DNA of 50,542 bases from Methanocellales archaeon (GTDB taxonomy: Archaea > Halobacteriota > UBA148). This document shows positions 1-10,003 of the stretch, in pieces; position 1 is the stretch's first letter; every line of letters starts with the position of its first letter. Made by a program: the position numbers and the translations under genes. The stretch is taken from positions 1-50,542 of the forward strand of contig JAQURP010000003.1 of the NCBI GenBank assembly GCA_028715545.1, written 5' to 3'. The notes below the pieces were generated by a model. That model had not been told where the DNA came from. It made no database searches and saw nothing but the letters and a program-made list of their open reading frames with translations.

Positions 1-138
1 TCCGTCGCAAAGAGGGTGGGTGCAGACTTAATCATAAGGCCATTCGCATCTGAAAAGACGGATCTTAATAAATATTTTGATGAGTCAAAGTTGATAAACT
101 ATGGAAGTGCAGTTTTCTATTTGTATAGAGATAAATAA
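1..138 (+). CDS. 3' end of an unidentified ORF entering from the left edge (partial)
   Basis: Frame 1 is open from base 1 to TAA at 136-138 (SVAKRVGADLIIRPFASEKTDLNKYFDESKLINYGSAVFYLYRDK*). No recognisable motif. Confidence 0.3.
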   Translation, partial: SVAKRVGADLIIRPFASEKTDLNKYFDESKLINYGSAVFYLYRDK

Positions 139-258
139 ATAGCGATTAGTGATTTTTCTATATGTTTATTAGATTAGAAATGTTCCATTTATCTCGCTTA
201 ATAGTTGTTATACGCAATTCCAAAAGATTTTTTTAATAGATAGATATCTTCTTTACTC

Positions 259-897
259 ATGGTCACTAAAGATAAGTTATTAGATTATTTTGTAGGATTT
301 AGACAAAATGATATTTCTTATGAATATTTAGATATAGATTTTGATCTGCTTCCATTTGACTTTATTGAATTCGCCGAAAAAGACCTTAAAGAAAAAACCG
401 ATAAAAACCTGATTAACGCTTTAGGGAATATTAAAAGAGCAATAGAATGTCAAATAGATATTTTAATAACTTTTTGTGGAAAATATAAACAGTCTTCAGA
501 TGAAAAATGGAGTTTTCCAAAGAAAATTGAATATTTAGAAAACTTAGGATTTGTTGCTCCGAGCATATTGAAAAAAATTAATACTAAAAGAAACAAATTA
601 GAGCATTACTATAGAATTCCCAAAAAAGAAGATGTCCAAGACGCTTTTGATATTGCACTATTATTTCTAAAATCCACAGAAAAGTTTCAAGATAACTTTA
701 TCCCGTATTTTAATATTGTTAATAATGATGAAATAATTTTTGTAGAATATAATTGCAAAAAAGGAGAATTCGTAATCAGGTTAGGAAGAAGTAAAGAAGA
801 ACCTAGTTGGGAATCTGACATATATCAGACAATTACTATTGATAGTAAAGATAGAGAATTTGAAAAGATGATGGACTTCTATGTGAACATTTACTAA
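259..897 (+). CDS. Hypothetical protein, possible HEPN-like (Rx4H) domain protein
   Basis: 212-aa ORF. RNKLEH (nt 589-606) fits the HEPN R-x4-6-H motif inside a predicted helical region (KRAIECQIDIL ... RNKLEHYY ... DAFDIALLFL). Not glycan-related. Flanked by short repeats (see findings). Confidence 0.5.
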   Translation: MVTKDKLLDYFVGFRQNDISYEYLDIDFDLLPFDFIEFAEKDLKEKTDKNLINALGNIKRAIECQIDILITFCGKYKQSSDEKWSFPKKIEYLENLGFVAPSILKKINTKRNKLEHYYRIPKKEDVQDAFDIALLFLKSTEKFQDNFIPYFNIVNNDEIIFVEYNCKKGEFVIRLGRSKEEPSWESDIYQTITIDSKDREFEKMMDFYVNIY

Positions 898-1131
898 AAA
901 ATCTTTTGGAACTTCTTCTCGCTGCGCCCTACTCCCTTAGTTCTTCAGGTCATATAACAAATATTAGTCGGAAAAATCCTCTGCTCGGATTTCCCAAATT
1001 CTTCGCTTTGCTTAGAACTTCGGCTAATCTTGATGTTATACGGAATTCTTAATATCCGATTTTATGTAAAAGGTGACATTAATACATTTAATACATAATG
1101 CTTAATACGTCTTGTGTAAAAGGATGTCATC

Positions 1132-2145
1132 ATGATAGGAATGGTCCTTTGCGGCGGTCATGGCAAACGTCTTCGACCTTTTACGTCCGAGATGCCAAAA
1201 TCCCTTATCGAAATCAAGGAAGGATATACTATTCTGGATAATCAGCTATTGGGCTTTTTATCTGCTGGAATCGATAATGTGGTACTATTGACTGGCCATC
1301 TGAGTGAAAAAATCAAGGAGAAATACGGCTCCGAGTACAAAGGGGTGAAAGTCGATTATATCGTCGAAGATGAACCACTTGGCACCCTAAACGCCATAAA
1401 AATGGGTCTTGCTTCTGTTGAAGATGATGTGACCATTATGAATGGTGATGTCATTGCAGATCTAAATTTGAAAAAGATGATCACCATATTTCAAAATTCC
1501 GACTTCATTGCAACTATGTTTGTCACGAAAATGAGAAGCCCTTATGGGGTAGTGGTTCTTGGTGAGGATCGTATCAAGTCTTTCCGAGAGAAGCCCTTTT
1601 TGGAGCATTACATAAATGGTGGTATATATTGTTTTAAAAAGGGTTGTTCTTCATACTTTGATGACTTTGAAGGTGGTGATATAGAGAAAACCGTATTTCC
1701 CATGCTGGCTGATTCAGGCAAACTGGGTTATTATAAAGAAGATGGCCTTTTCTGGAGTTCTATTGATACGACAAAGGACCTAGAGGAGATCAAAAAAGAG
1801 TATGCCAATAGAGAAGATAAGCCATGGGGCTACGAGAAGATTTTAATCTCCACCGATAAGTATCTGACCAAGGAATTGTTCATCAAAGGAGGTTATAAAA
1901 CATCACATCATTATCACGAGCAAAAGGACGAAACCATGCGTATAATGAGTGGATCAGGTTACATTAAATTTGATGATAGAGAGGAGCGCTTCGGGCGGAA
2001 TGATAATATTCAAATAAAACCGAAAACCCCTCATACAATAGTCGCTTCGGACGCTTCGGAGAACACGATAATTCTTGAGGTATCTACTCCGCACCCAGAT
2101 GATACCATCAGGTTAAAGGATTATTACATTAGGTGGAAGACATGA
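1132..2145 (+). CDS. Sugar-1-phosphate nucleotidyltransferase with C-terminal cupin domain (ManC / mannose-1-P guanylyltransferase-like)
   Basis: N-terminal [13 protein letters not shown] (GxGxRL nucleotidyltransferase signature). C-terminal WGYEKIL ... HHYHEQKDE ... PHTI is cupin-like, as in type II PMI/GMP enzymes. Confidence 0.8.
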   Translation: MIGMVLCGGHGKRLRPFTSEMPKSLIEIKEGYTILDNQLLGFLSAGIDNVVLLTGHLSEKIKEKYGSEYKGVKVDYIVEDEPLGTLNAIKMGLASVEDDVTIMNGDVIADLNLKKMITIFQNSDFIATMFVTKMRSPYGVVVLGEDRIKSFREKPFLEHYINGGIYCFKKGCSSYFDDFEGGDIEKTVFPMLADSGKLGYYKEDGLFWSSIDTTKDLEEIKKEYANREDKPWGYEKILISTDKYLTKELFIKGGYKTSHHYHEQKDETMRIMSGSGYIKFDDREERFGRNDNIQIKPKTPHTIVASDASENTIILEVSTPHPDDTIRLKDYYIRWKT

Positions 2146-3443
2146 AACGAATATCTGTTATCGGAATGGGCTTTGTTGGCCTTGTTAGCGCAGTTTGCTT
2201 TGCCCATAAAGGTTTTGACGTCATAGTCTCCACACATGATCCAAAGAAAGTCGAACTGATAAATGATGGGAAAGCGCCTTTTTATGAGAAGGACCTGACT
2301 CCCATTTTGGTGGAGGCCGTGAAAAAAGGTAATCTGAAGGCAATAGTAGGGAGGAAAGAGGCAATCCTCAACTCTGATATCACTTTCCTTGCTGTAGGGA
2401 CGCCAAGTAAAGCAGATGGGGGCATCGATCTCGGATTCATCAAATCTTCTGCTAAAGAAATAGGGGAAGCCCTAAAGGACAAAGGCAGCCATCTAGTTGT
2501 AGTAAAAAGCACCGTGGCTCCAGGGACAACCGAAGAAATTGTCAAACCACTTATAGAAAAATACTCTGGTAAAAAAATTGGATCGGATTTTGGGCTATGC
2601 ATGAGCCCGGAGTTTTTGAGAGAAGGCAACGCAGTCTATGATACCTTGCATCCTGATCGGATTGTAATAGGTGAGAGCGATAAATCCGCAGGAGATGCTC
2701 TGGAAGAATTCTATCGTGAGTTCTACGGCGAAAAGTGTTCTCCAATCCTAAGGATGAGCCTTGTCGCGGCAGAGATGGTCAAATACGCCTCTAACGCACT
2801 TCTTTCCACAAAGATTTCCTTCGCAAATGAGATTGGCAACATCTGTAAAGAGTTTGGCATAGATGCCTATGAGGTCATGCGTGCCGTCGGCATGGATCAC
2901 AGGCTATCGCCGCACTTCTTAAGAGCTGGTGTTGGATTTGGTGGCAGCTGCTTTCCAAAGGATGTGAAAGCGCTCATCCACAAGGCAAAGGAAATTGGCT
3001 ATGATCCCAAACTTTTGAAGGCCGTGATGAATGTTAATGAGGAGCAGCCGAAAAGAATGATTAAACTTCTCGAAAGAAAACTGCCTTCCTTGAAAGGCAA
3101 GAAGGTCGCCGTATTGGGTCTTGCCTTCAAGAACAACACTGATGATATACGAGAGTCCAGAGCGATTCCAATAATAAAAATGTTGATGGGCAAGAATGCC
3201 CTAGTTTCTGTCTATGATCCTTTGGCTAACGAAAGTATGCGCTCTATACTTCCTGACATCGAGTACTGTACTAGCGCTGAGGAATCGCTCAGAAATGCGG
3301 ATGCGTGTTTAGTAGTGACTGAATGGGAAGAGTTTAAAAAATTGGATCATGAATTTGATGTTATGAAAAACAGGGTAGTCATTGACGGAAGAAAAGTTAT
3401 TTCTCCCAGAGAGGGCATCGATTATGAAGGGCTGTGTTGGTGA
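2142..3443 (+). CDS. ugd: UDP-glucose 6-dehydrogenase
   Basis: [18 protein letters not shown] Rossmann motif and catalytic-Cys motif [10 protein letters not shown]. Size about 430 aa. ATG 2142 forms an ATGA overlap with the upstream stop (GTG 2133 is the longest alternative start). Confidence 0.9.
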   Translation: MKRISVIGMGFVGLVSAVCFAHKGFDVIVSTHDPKKVELINDGKAPFYEKDLTPILVEAVKKGNLKAIVGRKEAILNSDITFLAVGTPSKADGGIDLGFIKSSAKEIGEALKDKGSHLVVVKSTVAPGTTEEIVKPLIEKYSGKKIGSDFGLCMSPEFLREGNAVYDTLHPDRIVIGESDKSAGDALEEFYREFYGEKCSPILRMSLVAAEMVKYASNALLSTKISFANEIGNICKEFGIDAYEVMRAVGMDHRLSPHFLRAGVGFGGSCFPKDVKALIHKAKEIGYDPKLLKAVMNVNEEQPKRMIKLLERKLPSLKGKKVAVLGLAFKNNTDDIRESRAIPIIKMLMGKNALVSVYDPLANESMRSILPDIEYCTSAEESLRNADACLVVTEWEEFKKLDHEFDVMKNRVVIDGRKVISPREGIDYEGLCW

Positions 3444-4452
3444 TCAAATAAAAGTAGTCATTCCTGCTGCTGGTGTTGGCAAAAGGTTGTACCCTCATAC
3501 TCTTACAAAGCCAAAATCGATGGTATCCGTGGCTGGCAAGCCTATCATCGGACATATTCTTGATCGATTGATCGATGTTCAGGCGGAAGAGTTAGTCATA
3601 GTCGTTGGATACATGAAAGATAAGACCATCTCTTACATCGATGCGAATTATTCTTCTTGCTTTGGCAAAATCTCCTATGTCACTCAGGATAAACCCCTTG
3701 GTTTGGGTCATTCCATATATGTCACAAAGGATATTATTGGAGATTCACCCATTATGATTGCTCTGGGTGATATGATCTTCAAGGCAGGCTATAGGGGGTT
3801 CTTAGAGTTTCATGAAAAAAATGGTGAATGCTCAGGTTCAATAGGGGTTAAGATCGTTGACATGCCTCAATACTATGGTGTTGTATACCTGGACGATGCA
3901 GGAACGATAGTCAAGCTGGAGGAAAAGCCACAACTATCTACGTCAGATCTTGGTATAGCTGGAGTCTATATCATAGATGATACCTCCCTACTCTTTGAAT
4001 CGCTGGAAAAGCTGATTAGTAATGATACCAAAAAAGAGGGAGAATACCAGCTTACTGATGCTCTACACATCATGGTAGAAGCAGGTGCAATGCTAAAAAC
4101 TTTTCATGTACATGACTGGTATGATTGTGGTAGGGCGGACACTTTGTTGGAGGTAAATCGGTTGTTACTGGCCGAAATTCCAAGAGAGATAATACGCTCC
4201 ACTAATTCTATTATAATTCAGCCGGTAGCTGTCGGGTGTGGTGTGGAAATAGTTAACTCAGTCATCGGTCCAGACGTGTCTATCGCTGACGATACAGTTG
4301 TCAAAAATTCTATCATTGCTGACAGTATTGTGGGCTCTTGTGCAAAGATAATTAATATGAATCTCCAAACAAGTATACTTGGGGATGCAGTCAATCTCGC
4401 AGGCAAACCAAATACGCTCAACATAGGTGACTCGTCAACAATAGAATTTTAA
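3424..4452 (+). CDS. Sugar-1-phosphate nucleotidyltransferase with C-terminal left-handed beta-helix domain
   Basis: VVIPAAGVGKRLYPHT signature. C-terminal hexapeptide-repeat stretch (VIGPDVSIADDTVVKNSIIADSIVGSCAKII). ATG 3424 overlaps the ugd 3' end. The longest ORF starts at 3382. Confidence 0.8.
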   Translation: MKGCVGDQIKVVIPAAGVGKRLYPHTLTKPKSMVSVAGKPIIGHILDRLIDVQAEELVIVVGYMKDKTISYIDANYSSCFGKISYVTQDKPLGLGHSIYVTKDIIGDSPIMIALGDMIFKAGYRGFLEFHEKNGECSGSIGVKIVDMPQYYGVVYLDDAGTIVKLEEKPQLSTSDLGIAGVYIIDDTSLLFESLEKLISNDTKKEGEYQLTDALHIMVEAGAMLKTFHVHDWYDCGRADTLLEVNRLLLAEIPREIIRSTNSIIIQPVAVGCGVEIVNSVIGPDVSIADDTVVKNSIIADSIVGSCAKIINMNLQTSILGDAVNLAGKPNTLNIGDSSTIEF

Positions 4453-4633
4453 ATAGCAGATCACAACATATGGTCTAAAAGGTAACCGCTAAAGTTTAAT
4501 CAAGTCTTTTGGCAAACAAATGCCTTGTATCGTATCTTTCGAGGTCATTTTTTCTGAGTGGGTCTAAAAAATCTTTAGAAATTGGCTTCTTAATTGATTT
4601 TGAGTAATCTCCGATCTAACTGTTCGAAATGAG

Positions 4634-5335
4634 CTACTCAAACGGATAAGTTAATTTGGAAATTCTCCCGATGTTAAGTTTTGTAAGTCTCTCTTTAAGT
4701 GGCTCATAATTAGAAGGATTATTAAATGCTTCGAGCTGAAGTATAGGAAAGTCCCGAAAAATGTTTTGATCTCTAATAAATAATATAATGTGGTCAACGA
4801 TATGATCAAAAACAGCAATCTTATATGGTTTTCCTTTACCAATCCCCTTTTTAAAAGGAATGGGCATATGATCGAGTCCTTCGGGATGATTTTTAATAAA
4901 TTTATTAATGAAGTAACTATCACTTGTATTTTTAGATATGCCTTCAACATTAATATGGAAGGGCTGACCAGGAAGATGATTCTTTAAGTCAATACATATG
5001 GTAATATGTTTTGGGTCAACTGAACAATTAGGCGGAGGTTTATGAGAATGATAAATTTCCATTAAGGCATCTCTTTTATCTCCACTACGAGCTTTATGTG
5101 GATCATACACTTGTATGTATATGGCTTCGTCTATCCTTTTGTTACAAGCTCTCAAGCCAAAACCAATGACACTCTCATTGGTATATACTGTTGAACCATC
5201 TGTTTCATCTGTTGTCCCCCCGATTATTTTTTTCCTGACATCCTCATCAGAACATGCGGCTGAACCGTCTGTATCATCGGTTATTTTTCTTACATATACT
5301 TTTTTTAAATGTGCTCTATCGGCTACTTCTTTCAT
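4634..5335 (-). CDS. Hypothetical protein (orphan, opposite strand)
   Basis: 233-aa ORF with long intergenic flanks on both sides. N-terminal in-frame internal repeat (TDDTDGS / TDETDGS, 23 codons apart). No recognisable catalytic motif. Confidence 0.55.
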   Translation of the reverse strand: MKEVADRAHLKKVYVRKITDDTDGSAACSDEDVRKKIIGGTTDETDGSTVYTNESVIGFGLRACNKRIDEAIYIQVYDPHKARSGDKRDALMEIYHSHKPPPNCSVDPKHITICIDLKNHLPGQPFHINVEGISKNTSDSYFINKFIKNHPEGLDHMPIPFKKGIGKGKPYKIAVFDHIVDHIILFIRDQNIFRDFPILQLEAFNNPSNYEPLKERLTKLNIGRISKLTYPFE

Positions 5336-5602
5336 ATTCGTAAAAAGAATGGTTTTAACTTATTAAAAACCCCTGCCAACAATTTAAAAATAATTGGCGT
5401 TGATAGGAAAGTCGTTTATAGGACGCAAGATATAGTTGAGCGATACGCAATCTAAAAGACAAATGATCTTAAAAAAGAGATGTGGTAAATGCTGAATAAT
5501 TCACGGAAAAGGTATAATAGAAATTAGGAGATTTAATATTAATTTTGATAGGTTAAAAAATTAAGGTGCTGAAAATTTGATCGCAGGCGGTGAATAAATA
5601 AA

Positions 5603-6559
5603 ATGAAAACAGTGCTTGTAACGGGTGGGGCAGGATTTATAGGTTCACATCTGTGTGAAAAACTGCTGGTTGAAGGTCATAAGGTAATATGTCTTGATGA
5701 TTTATCTACTGGAAATGAGAATAATATCCATCACTTGCTGAGTGATGCTGGATTCACTTACTTAAAACAGGATATCGTCAAGTCATTGAAAATCACGGAA
5801 AAAATCGACCATATTTTCCATCTGGCGAGTCCTGCCAGCCCAGTGGATTATCAACGATTGCCGATAGAGACATTATTAGCCGGTTCATTCGGCACTAATA
5901 ATGCATTGGAGTTGGCCAAAGAAAAAGGAGCAGTGCTATTGCTAGCATCAACATCTGAGGTTTATGGTGACCCGGCAATACATCCGCAGCGGGAAGATTA
6001 TTGGGGCAATGTAAACCCAATCGGTCCAAGAAGTTGTTATGATGAGGCTAAGCGGTTTGCTGAGGCGTTAACGATGGCGTATCATCGTAAGTATGATCTA
6101 AACGTGCGAATTGTTCGGATATTTAACACTTACGGGCAAAGGATGAGAAAGGATGATGGTAGGGCAATCCCTAACTTCATAACTCAGGCTATGGCTGATG
6201 AACCAATTACAGTCTATGGTGACGGCTCTCAAACGAGAAGTTTTTGTTATATATCTGACATGGTGGAGGGCATGTATAGGGCAATGTTCTCAAAGGATAT
6301 GAGAGGTGAAGTCGTGAATCTGGGCAATCAAAGCGAGATACCAGTACTTGAATTGGCTGAAAGAATCAAGAGTACCACTAAGTCACATTCAAAGATCGTA
6401 TTTAAGAAATTGCCCGAGGATGATCCGAAGCAGAGATGTCCAGATACGTCCAAGGCAAAAGAAATCCTGGGCTGGGAACCTGTAGTCGATCTGGAAGAGG
6501 GATTAAATAGGACCATAAGGTGGTTTGAAGAAACTTTGGAGCCATCAGGGCATTTATAG
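5603..6559 (+). CDS. uxs: UDP-glucuronate decarboxylase (UDP-xylose synthase)
   Basis: [71 protein letters not shown] and [12 protein letters not shown] match the UXS/ArnA-decarboxylase family signature blocks. Confidence 0.9.
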   Translation: MKTVLVTGGAGFIGSHLCEKLLVEGHKVICLDDLSTGNENNIHHLLSDAGFTYLKQDIVKSLKITEKIDHIFHLASPASPVDYQRLPIETLLAGSFGTNNALELAKEKGAVLLLASTSEVYGDPAIHPQREDYWGNVNPIGPRSCYDEAKRFAEALTMAYHRKYDLNVRIVRIFNTYGQRMRKDDGRAIPNFITQAMADEPITVYGDGSQTRSFCYISDMVEGMYRAMFSKDMRGEVVNLGNQSEIPVLELAERIKSTTKSHSKIVFKKLPEDDPKQRCPDTSKAKEILGWEPVVDLEEGLNRTIRWFEETLEPSGHL

Positions 6560-6589
6560 TGACTATTAAAAGATTGTTGGGGAGATAAT

Positions 6590-7636
6590 ATGAAGGTATT
6601 AGTAACAGGTGGTGCGGGCTTTGTCGGAAGCCATGTAGCGGAATACTATGCAAAAAAGTGTGATGAAGTGGCCATATTTGACAATCTGTCGAGAGCGACG
6701 TTGTTAGGATATGGTGCTTCTAATGCTGTGTATAACTGGAATTATCTTAAGAGCTACGCTAATATTGATCGGATCAAAGGAGATATCAGGGATATTGGGG
6801 CAATAGAAGCCGCTTCGAAAGATGCTGATGTAATCATACATACAGCTGCTCAAACTGCAGTTACAACTTCTGTCAAAGATCCTAGAACTGATTTTGAAAT
6901 AAATGCTTTGGGAACTTTCAACGTACTTGAGGCAGCACGCAAATCCAATGCATCAGTCATCTTCTGCTCTACCAATAAAGTTTATGGGGATAACGTAAAT
7001 AAAATCCCAGTGAAGGAGCAAGAAAAAAGATACGTATTTAACGACTCAAAGTACAAAAACGGCATTAAAGAAATCTTCCTGACAGACCTGTGTGAGCACA
7101 CGCCTTATGGCGCTTCAAAATTTTCAGGTGATACTTATGTACAAGATTATGCCCATGTTTATGGCTTGAAAACAGCCGTTTTCAGGATGAGTTGCATATA
7201 TGGGACCAGGCAATTTGGCGTTGAGGACCAGGGCTGGGTTGCTTGGTTTATTATCGCTACGCTTACAAATAAGCCGATTACCATTTATGGGGATGGAAAG
7301 CAGGTGAGGGATGTGTTATATGTTGATGATTTAGTAAAAGCTTACGATTTGTTTATAGAGAGTAATTTGAAGCAGGAGGTTTTCAACATAGGCGGAGGAT
7401 CAGAAAATACTCTCTCACTTCTGGAACTTTTGGATTTATTAAAAGATTCAACTGACATGAGGGCAAAAATCAGTTATGATGATTGGAGACCGTCTGATCA
7501 AAAGATTTACATTTCAGATATTGGTAAGATTAGAGAGAAACTGAAATGGAAGCCTAAAGTAAATCCAAGAGAAGGTGTTAATAAGCTTATGTATTGGGTA
7601 AAAGAAAATAGCAGTTTGTTTAGTATGGGGCGATGA
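6590..7636 (+). CDS. CDP-paratose/tyvelose 2-epimerase family SDR
   Basis: FDNLSR, DFEINALGT, STNKVYGD, PYGASK, FRMSCIYGTRQFGVEDQGWVAWF, GDGKQVRDVL and FNIGGG..NTLSLLEL follow the RfbE (tyvelose epimerase) block pattern closely. Confidence 0.8.
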   Translation: MKVLVTGGAGFVGSHVAEYYAKKCDEVAIFDNLSRATLLGYGASNAVYNWNYLKSYANIDRIKGDIRDIGAIEAASKDADVIIHTAAQTAVTTSVKDPRTDFEINALGTFNVLEAARKSNASVIFCSTNKVYGDNVNKIPVKEQEKRYVFNDSKYKNGIKEIFLTDLCEHTPYGASKFSGDTYVQDYAHVYGLKTAVFRMSCIYGTRQFGVEDQGWVAWFIIATLTNKPITIYGDGKQVRDVLYVDDLVKAYDLFIESNLKQEVFNIGGGSENTLSLLELLDLLKDSTDMRAKISYDDWRPSDQKIYISDIGKIREKLKWKPKVNPREGVNKLMYWVKENSSLFSMGR

Positions 7637-7808
7637 AAATTTCATTTCATTTTATTTATATTGCCTGCGCATAAGCCATAAGAAGGAGACATAAAAAAAT
7701 CTATTAAGAAACCAATTCCAGTTGTGGAAAGTCCTAAGAACAAAGACAATGAAACAATATTAATGAAATGAATGATAAAATCACAGACTTATCTGTTTAT
7801 AGGTTAAC

Positions 7809-9326
7809 ATGACGCATTTAGCAAGAAAAGTCCTGAAAAACACGGCTTTTAACAGCTCAAGCATTATCGTAAGCGGCATTGGTGGATTAGTTTTCACTGT
7901 TATTTTAGCCAGATTACTGCATCCAGAGCTATTTGGCATCTATCATTTGGCTTTATCGGTTGCGCTTGTCATGCTAACGTTTACCGATCTTGGTGTAAAC
8001 AGAACAATGACAAGATATGTTTCCTATGCTTTGGGGAAAAATGACAAGACCTTAGCGAGGAGTTTTTTCAGGTATTTGCTGAAAATAAAATTTTTATTGA
8101 CAACTTTGGCATCTATAGCGCTTACTATTTTGGCTAAACCTTTAGCTATTTACGTTTTTCACAAACCCGATCTTATTTTACCCCTAGAGATTGTGGGCAT
8201 CCTCACATTTTTTTACTCTTTTATGGATTTTCTGGATGGAACCTTTGTTGCACTTCAAAAATTTCAGTATTCTACGGCAAGGAGTATAACTTATGAGATA
8301 TCCAGATTGGCCATTATTCCTTTATTCGTCCTCCTTGGTTATTCAGTTTATGGGGCTTTAGTTGGACTTACTTTATCAGTTATCTTTGTTGTTGTGGTTC
8401 TATTTTTTTTCTTAGCGAAGAGATATTCTTATTTATTTAAAGGGGAGACGGTAAAAATAGATGGTCAAAGGGTTTTAAGATTTTTAGGATATCTGACATT
8501 TTCAACTCTGGTTTCAGGTCTATTCTTTCTTCATGTTGATGCCATAATGCTTGGTATTCTTATGACTGCCAAGGATGTTGGTTTTTATAAAGCGGCATTT
8601 AGTATAGTCACTGCATTCATAAGCTTGGTATCTATTACATCAGTTCTTTTTCCTGTTTTTACACAATTGGAAGGAGACGAATTGAGAAATGCCTTTGTGA
8701 AAGTCTTTAGGTATTTGTCAATATTCGCTTTTCCATGTGCTTTTGGATTAGCTTTCATAGCGCGTCCTCTTATACAAGTTATGTATGGGGCAGAATATTT
8801 GCCATCAGTGATACCTTTTTACGCGTTATGCTTGTTAATCCTTATTGTGCCGATGGATTTCTTTAGCATTTTGTTTGACTCAAAAGAAAAACCGGAATAT
8901 CCTGCAAAAGTTACTGTTATAACTTCCGGATTAAATATTGTGCTCAATTATTTCCTTATTCTAATGTTTGGATTGATAGGCGCAGCGATTGCAACCTTAA
9001 CTGCAAGATACTTTGGTGCTTTTACCCTAGGAATCCTATCAAAAAGAGTTTTAAATATCTTCCCCAGATTTGATTCGATTTATAAGCCCCTGTTTTCTTC
9101 CTTTGTGATGCTTGCTTTCCTTTATCTGATACCAAGTCCCATAACCCTTTTAGATGGCATAATTGGAATCATCTTTGCTGCGGTTATTTATATTTCAGTG
9201 ATGCTTTTGATAAAGGGAATCGATAAAGAAGATATGATCTACTTGAGCGCAGTTTTTGGGCAGCAGGAAAGGTTAAAAAGGATGTATAACACAGTGAACA
9301 GCAAGTTTCAAAGGGGTGGGAAGTAA
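7809..9326 (+). CDS. wzx: Wzx-like polysaccharide/oligosaccharide flippase (MOP superfamily)
   Basis: 505 aa, polytopic (about 12-14 hydrophobic helices). N-terminus typical of the polysaccharide biosynthesis protein family. Sits in a glycan cluster. Confidence 0.75.
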   Translation: MTHLARKVLKNTAFNSSSIIVSGIGGLVFTVILARLLHPELFGIYHLALSVALVMLTFTDLGVNRTMTRYVSYALGKNDKTLARSFFRYLLKIKFLLTTLASIALTILAKPLAIYVFHKPDLILPLEIVGILTFFYSFMDFLDGTFVALQKFQYSTARSITYEISRLAIIPLFVLLGYSVYGALVGLTLSVIFVVVVLFFFLAKRYSYLFKGETVKIDGQRVLRFLGYLTFSTLVSGLFFLHVDAIMLGILMTAKDVGFYKAAFSIVTAFISLVSITSVLFPVFTQLEGDELRNAFVKVFRYLSIFAFPCAFGLAFIARPLIQVMYGAEYLPSVIPFYALCLLILIVPMDFFSILFDSKEKPEYPAKVTVITSGLNIVLNYFLILMFGLIGAAIATLTARYFGAFTLGILSKRVLNIFPRFDSIYKPLFSSFVMLAFLYLIPSPITLLDGIIGIIFAAVIYISVMLLIKGIDKEDMIYLSAVFGQQERLKRMYNTVNSKFQRGGK

Positions 9327-9399
9327 TAAAAAACATGTTATATTAAAGTTTGGACTATGATATATATGGCGGAATAAAAACAATATCAAAAGAGAAAAT

Positions 9400-9747
9400 A
9401 TGACGAATCATTGTCAACATAAAGACTGCGGTGCTGTAGAAAAGGTATGGCTTCCCTGCGAATTTGAGGGACGAAACAGAGGATTGAAGTCGTATCCATA
9501 TTGCATTCACTGTGGCTTGGTTAAAAACATCTCACCTGATAGGGCTAAACAAAAGGGATATTATATGAACGCACTTGTGAAGCTGCCAATCACAAAAGTC
9601 CAGATGCGTCTTATCATAAAAGAATTAGAAAATATGGATTTTGATGATACATATTCAATGACAAGGTCTGCGCAGGAAAAAGTACTTATTAGCGTGGTTC
9701 AAAAACATTGCAAAGTATCTGAGAGTAGTGTGAGGGTGTATCTATAG
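9400..9747 (+). CDS. Small hypothetical protein with a putative zinc ribbon
   Basis: 115 aa with two Cys pairs (CQHKDC ... CIHC). C-terminal half is helical and basic. No further homology recognisable. Confidence 0.4.
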   Translation: MTNHCQHKDCGAVEKVWLPCEFEGRNRGLKSYPYCIHCGLVKNISPDRAKQKGYYMNALVKLPITKVQMRLIIKELENMDFDDTYSMTRSAQEKVLISVVQKHCKVSESSVRVYL

Positions 9748-10003
9748 TGCTGATGCCGAATCTGAATTGAATCGGTGATAAGTGGGTCGGCATTATGTAG
9801 CGGAAGCTGTATACATGTGGGGTTTATTGGTTTTTATCTATCTGTCCTATGGAGAGGTACATATTGGAGACGCGATATAAAGGGAGATATTTCTGATATA
9901 GTGAAAGTGCAGCATGAAATTATGTGTAAGCCCGATGTGAAGGTGCAAGAGTTTGTTGGAAAGTTAGCTGCGTTGTAGAAAAGAAAAAAGGGTTTTTGAG
10001 AAG

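Noticed and set aside
894-906. The 13-nt string CTAAAAAATCTTT is shared between 894-906 and 4564-4576, and CCAAAAGA-type motifs occur near both orphan genes.
   Set aside because: Exact 13-mers of A/T-rich composition are expected by chance in a 50 kb AT-rich window. The orientation relative to the two genes is not consistent. The T6/A6 runs at 4548-4553 and 4566-4571 may be oligo-T terminators for the convergent genes, but I cannot support that further.
9775-9978. 67-aa ORF in the gap between the Zn-ribbon ORF and the GT-C gene. A 7-bp stem (ATGCCGA ... TCGGCAT) lies at about 9753-9793.
   Set aside because: The ORF has a GTG start, Cys/Gly-rich odd composition and no RBS. The stem has a very long loop and no T-tract, so neither a gene nor a terminator is supported.
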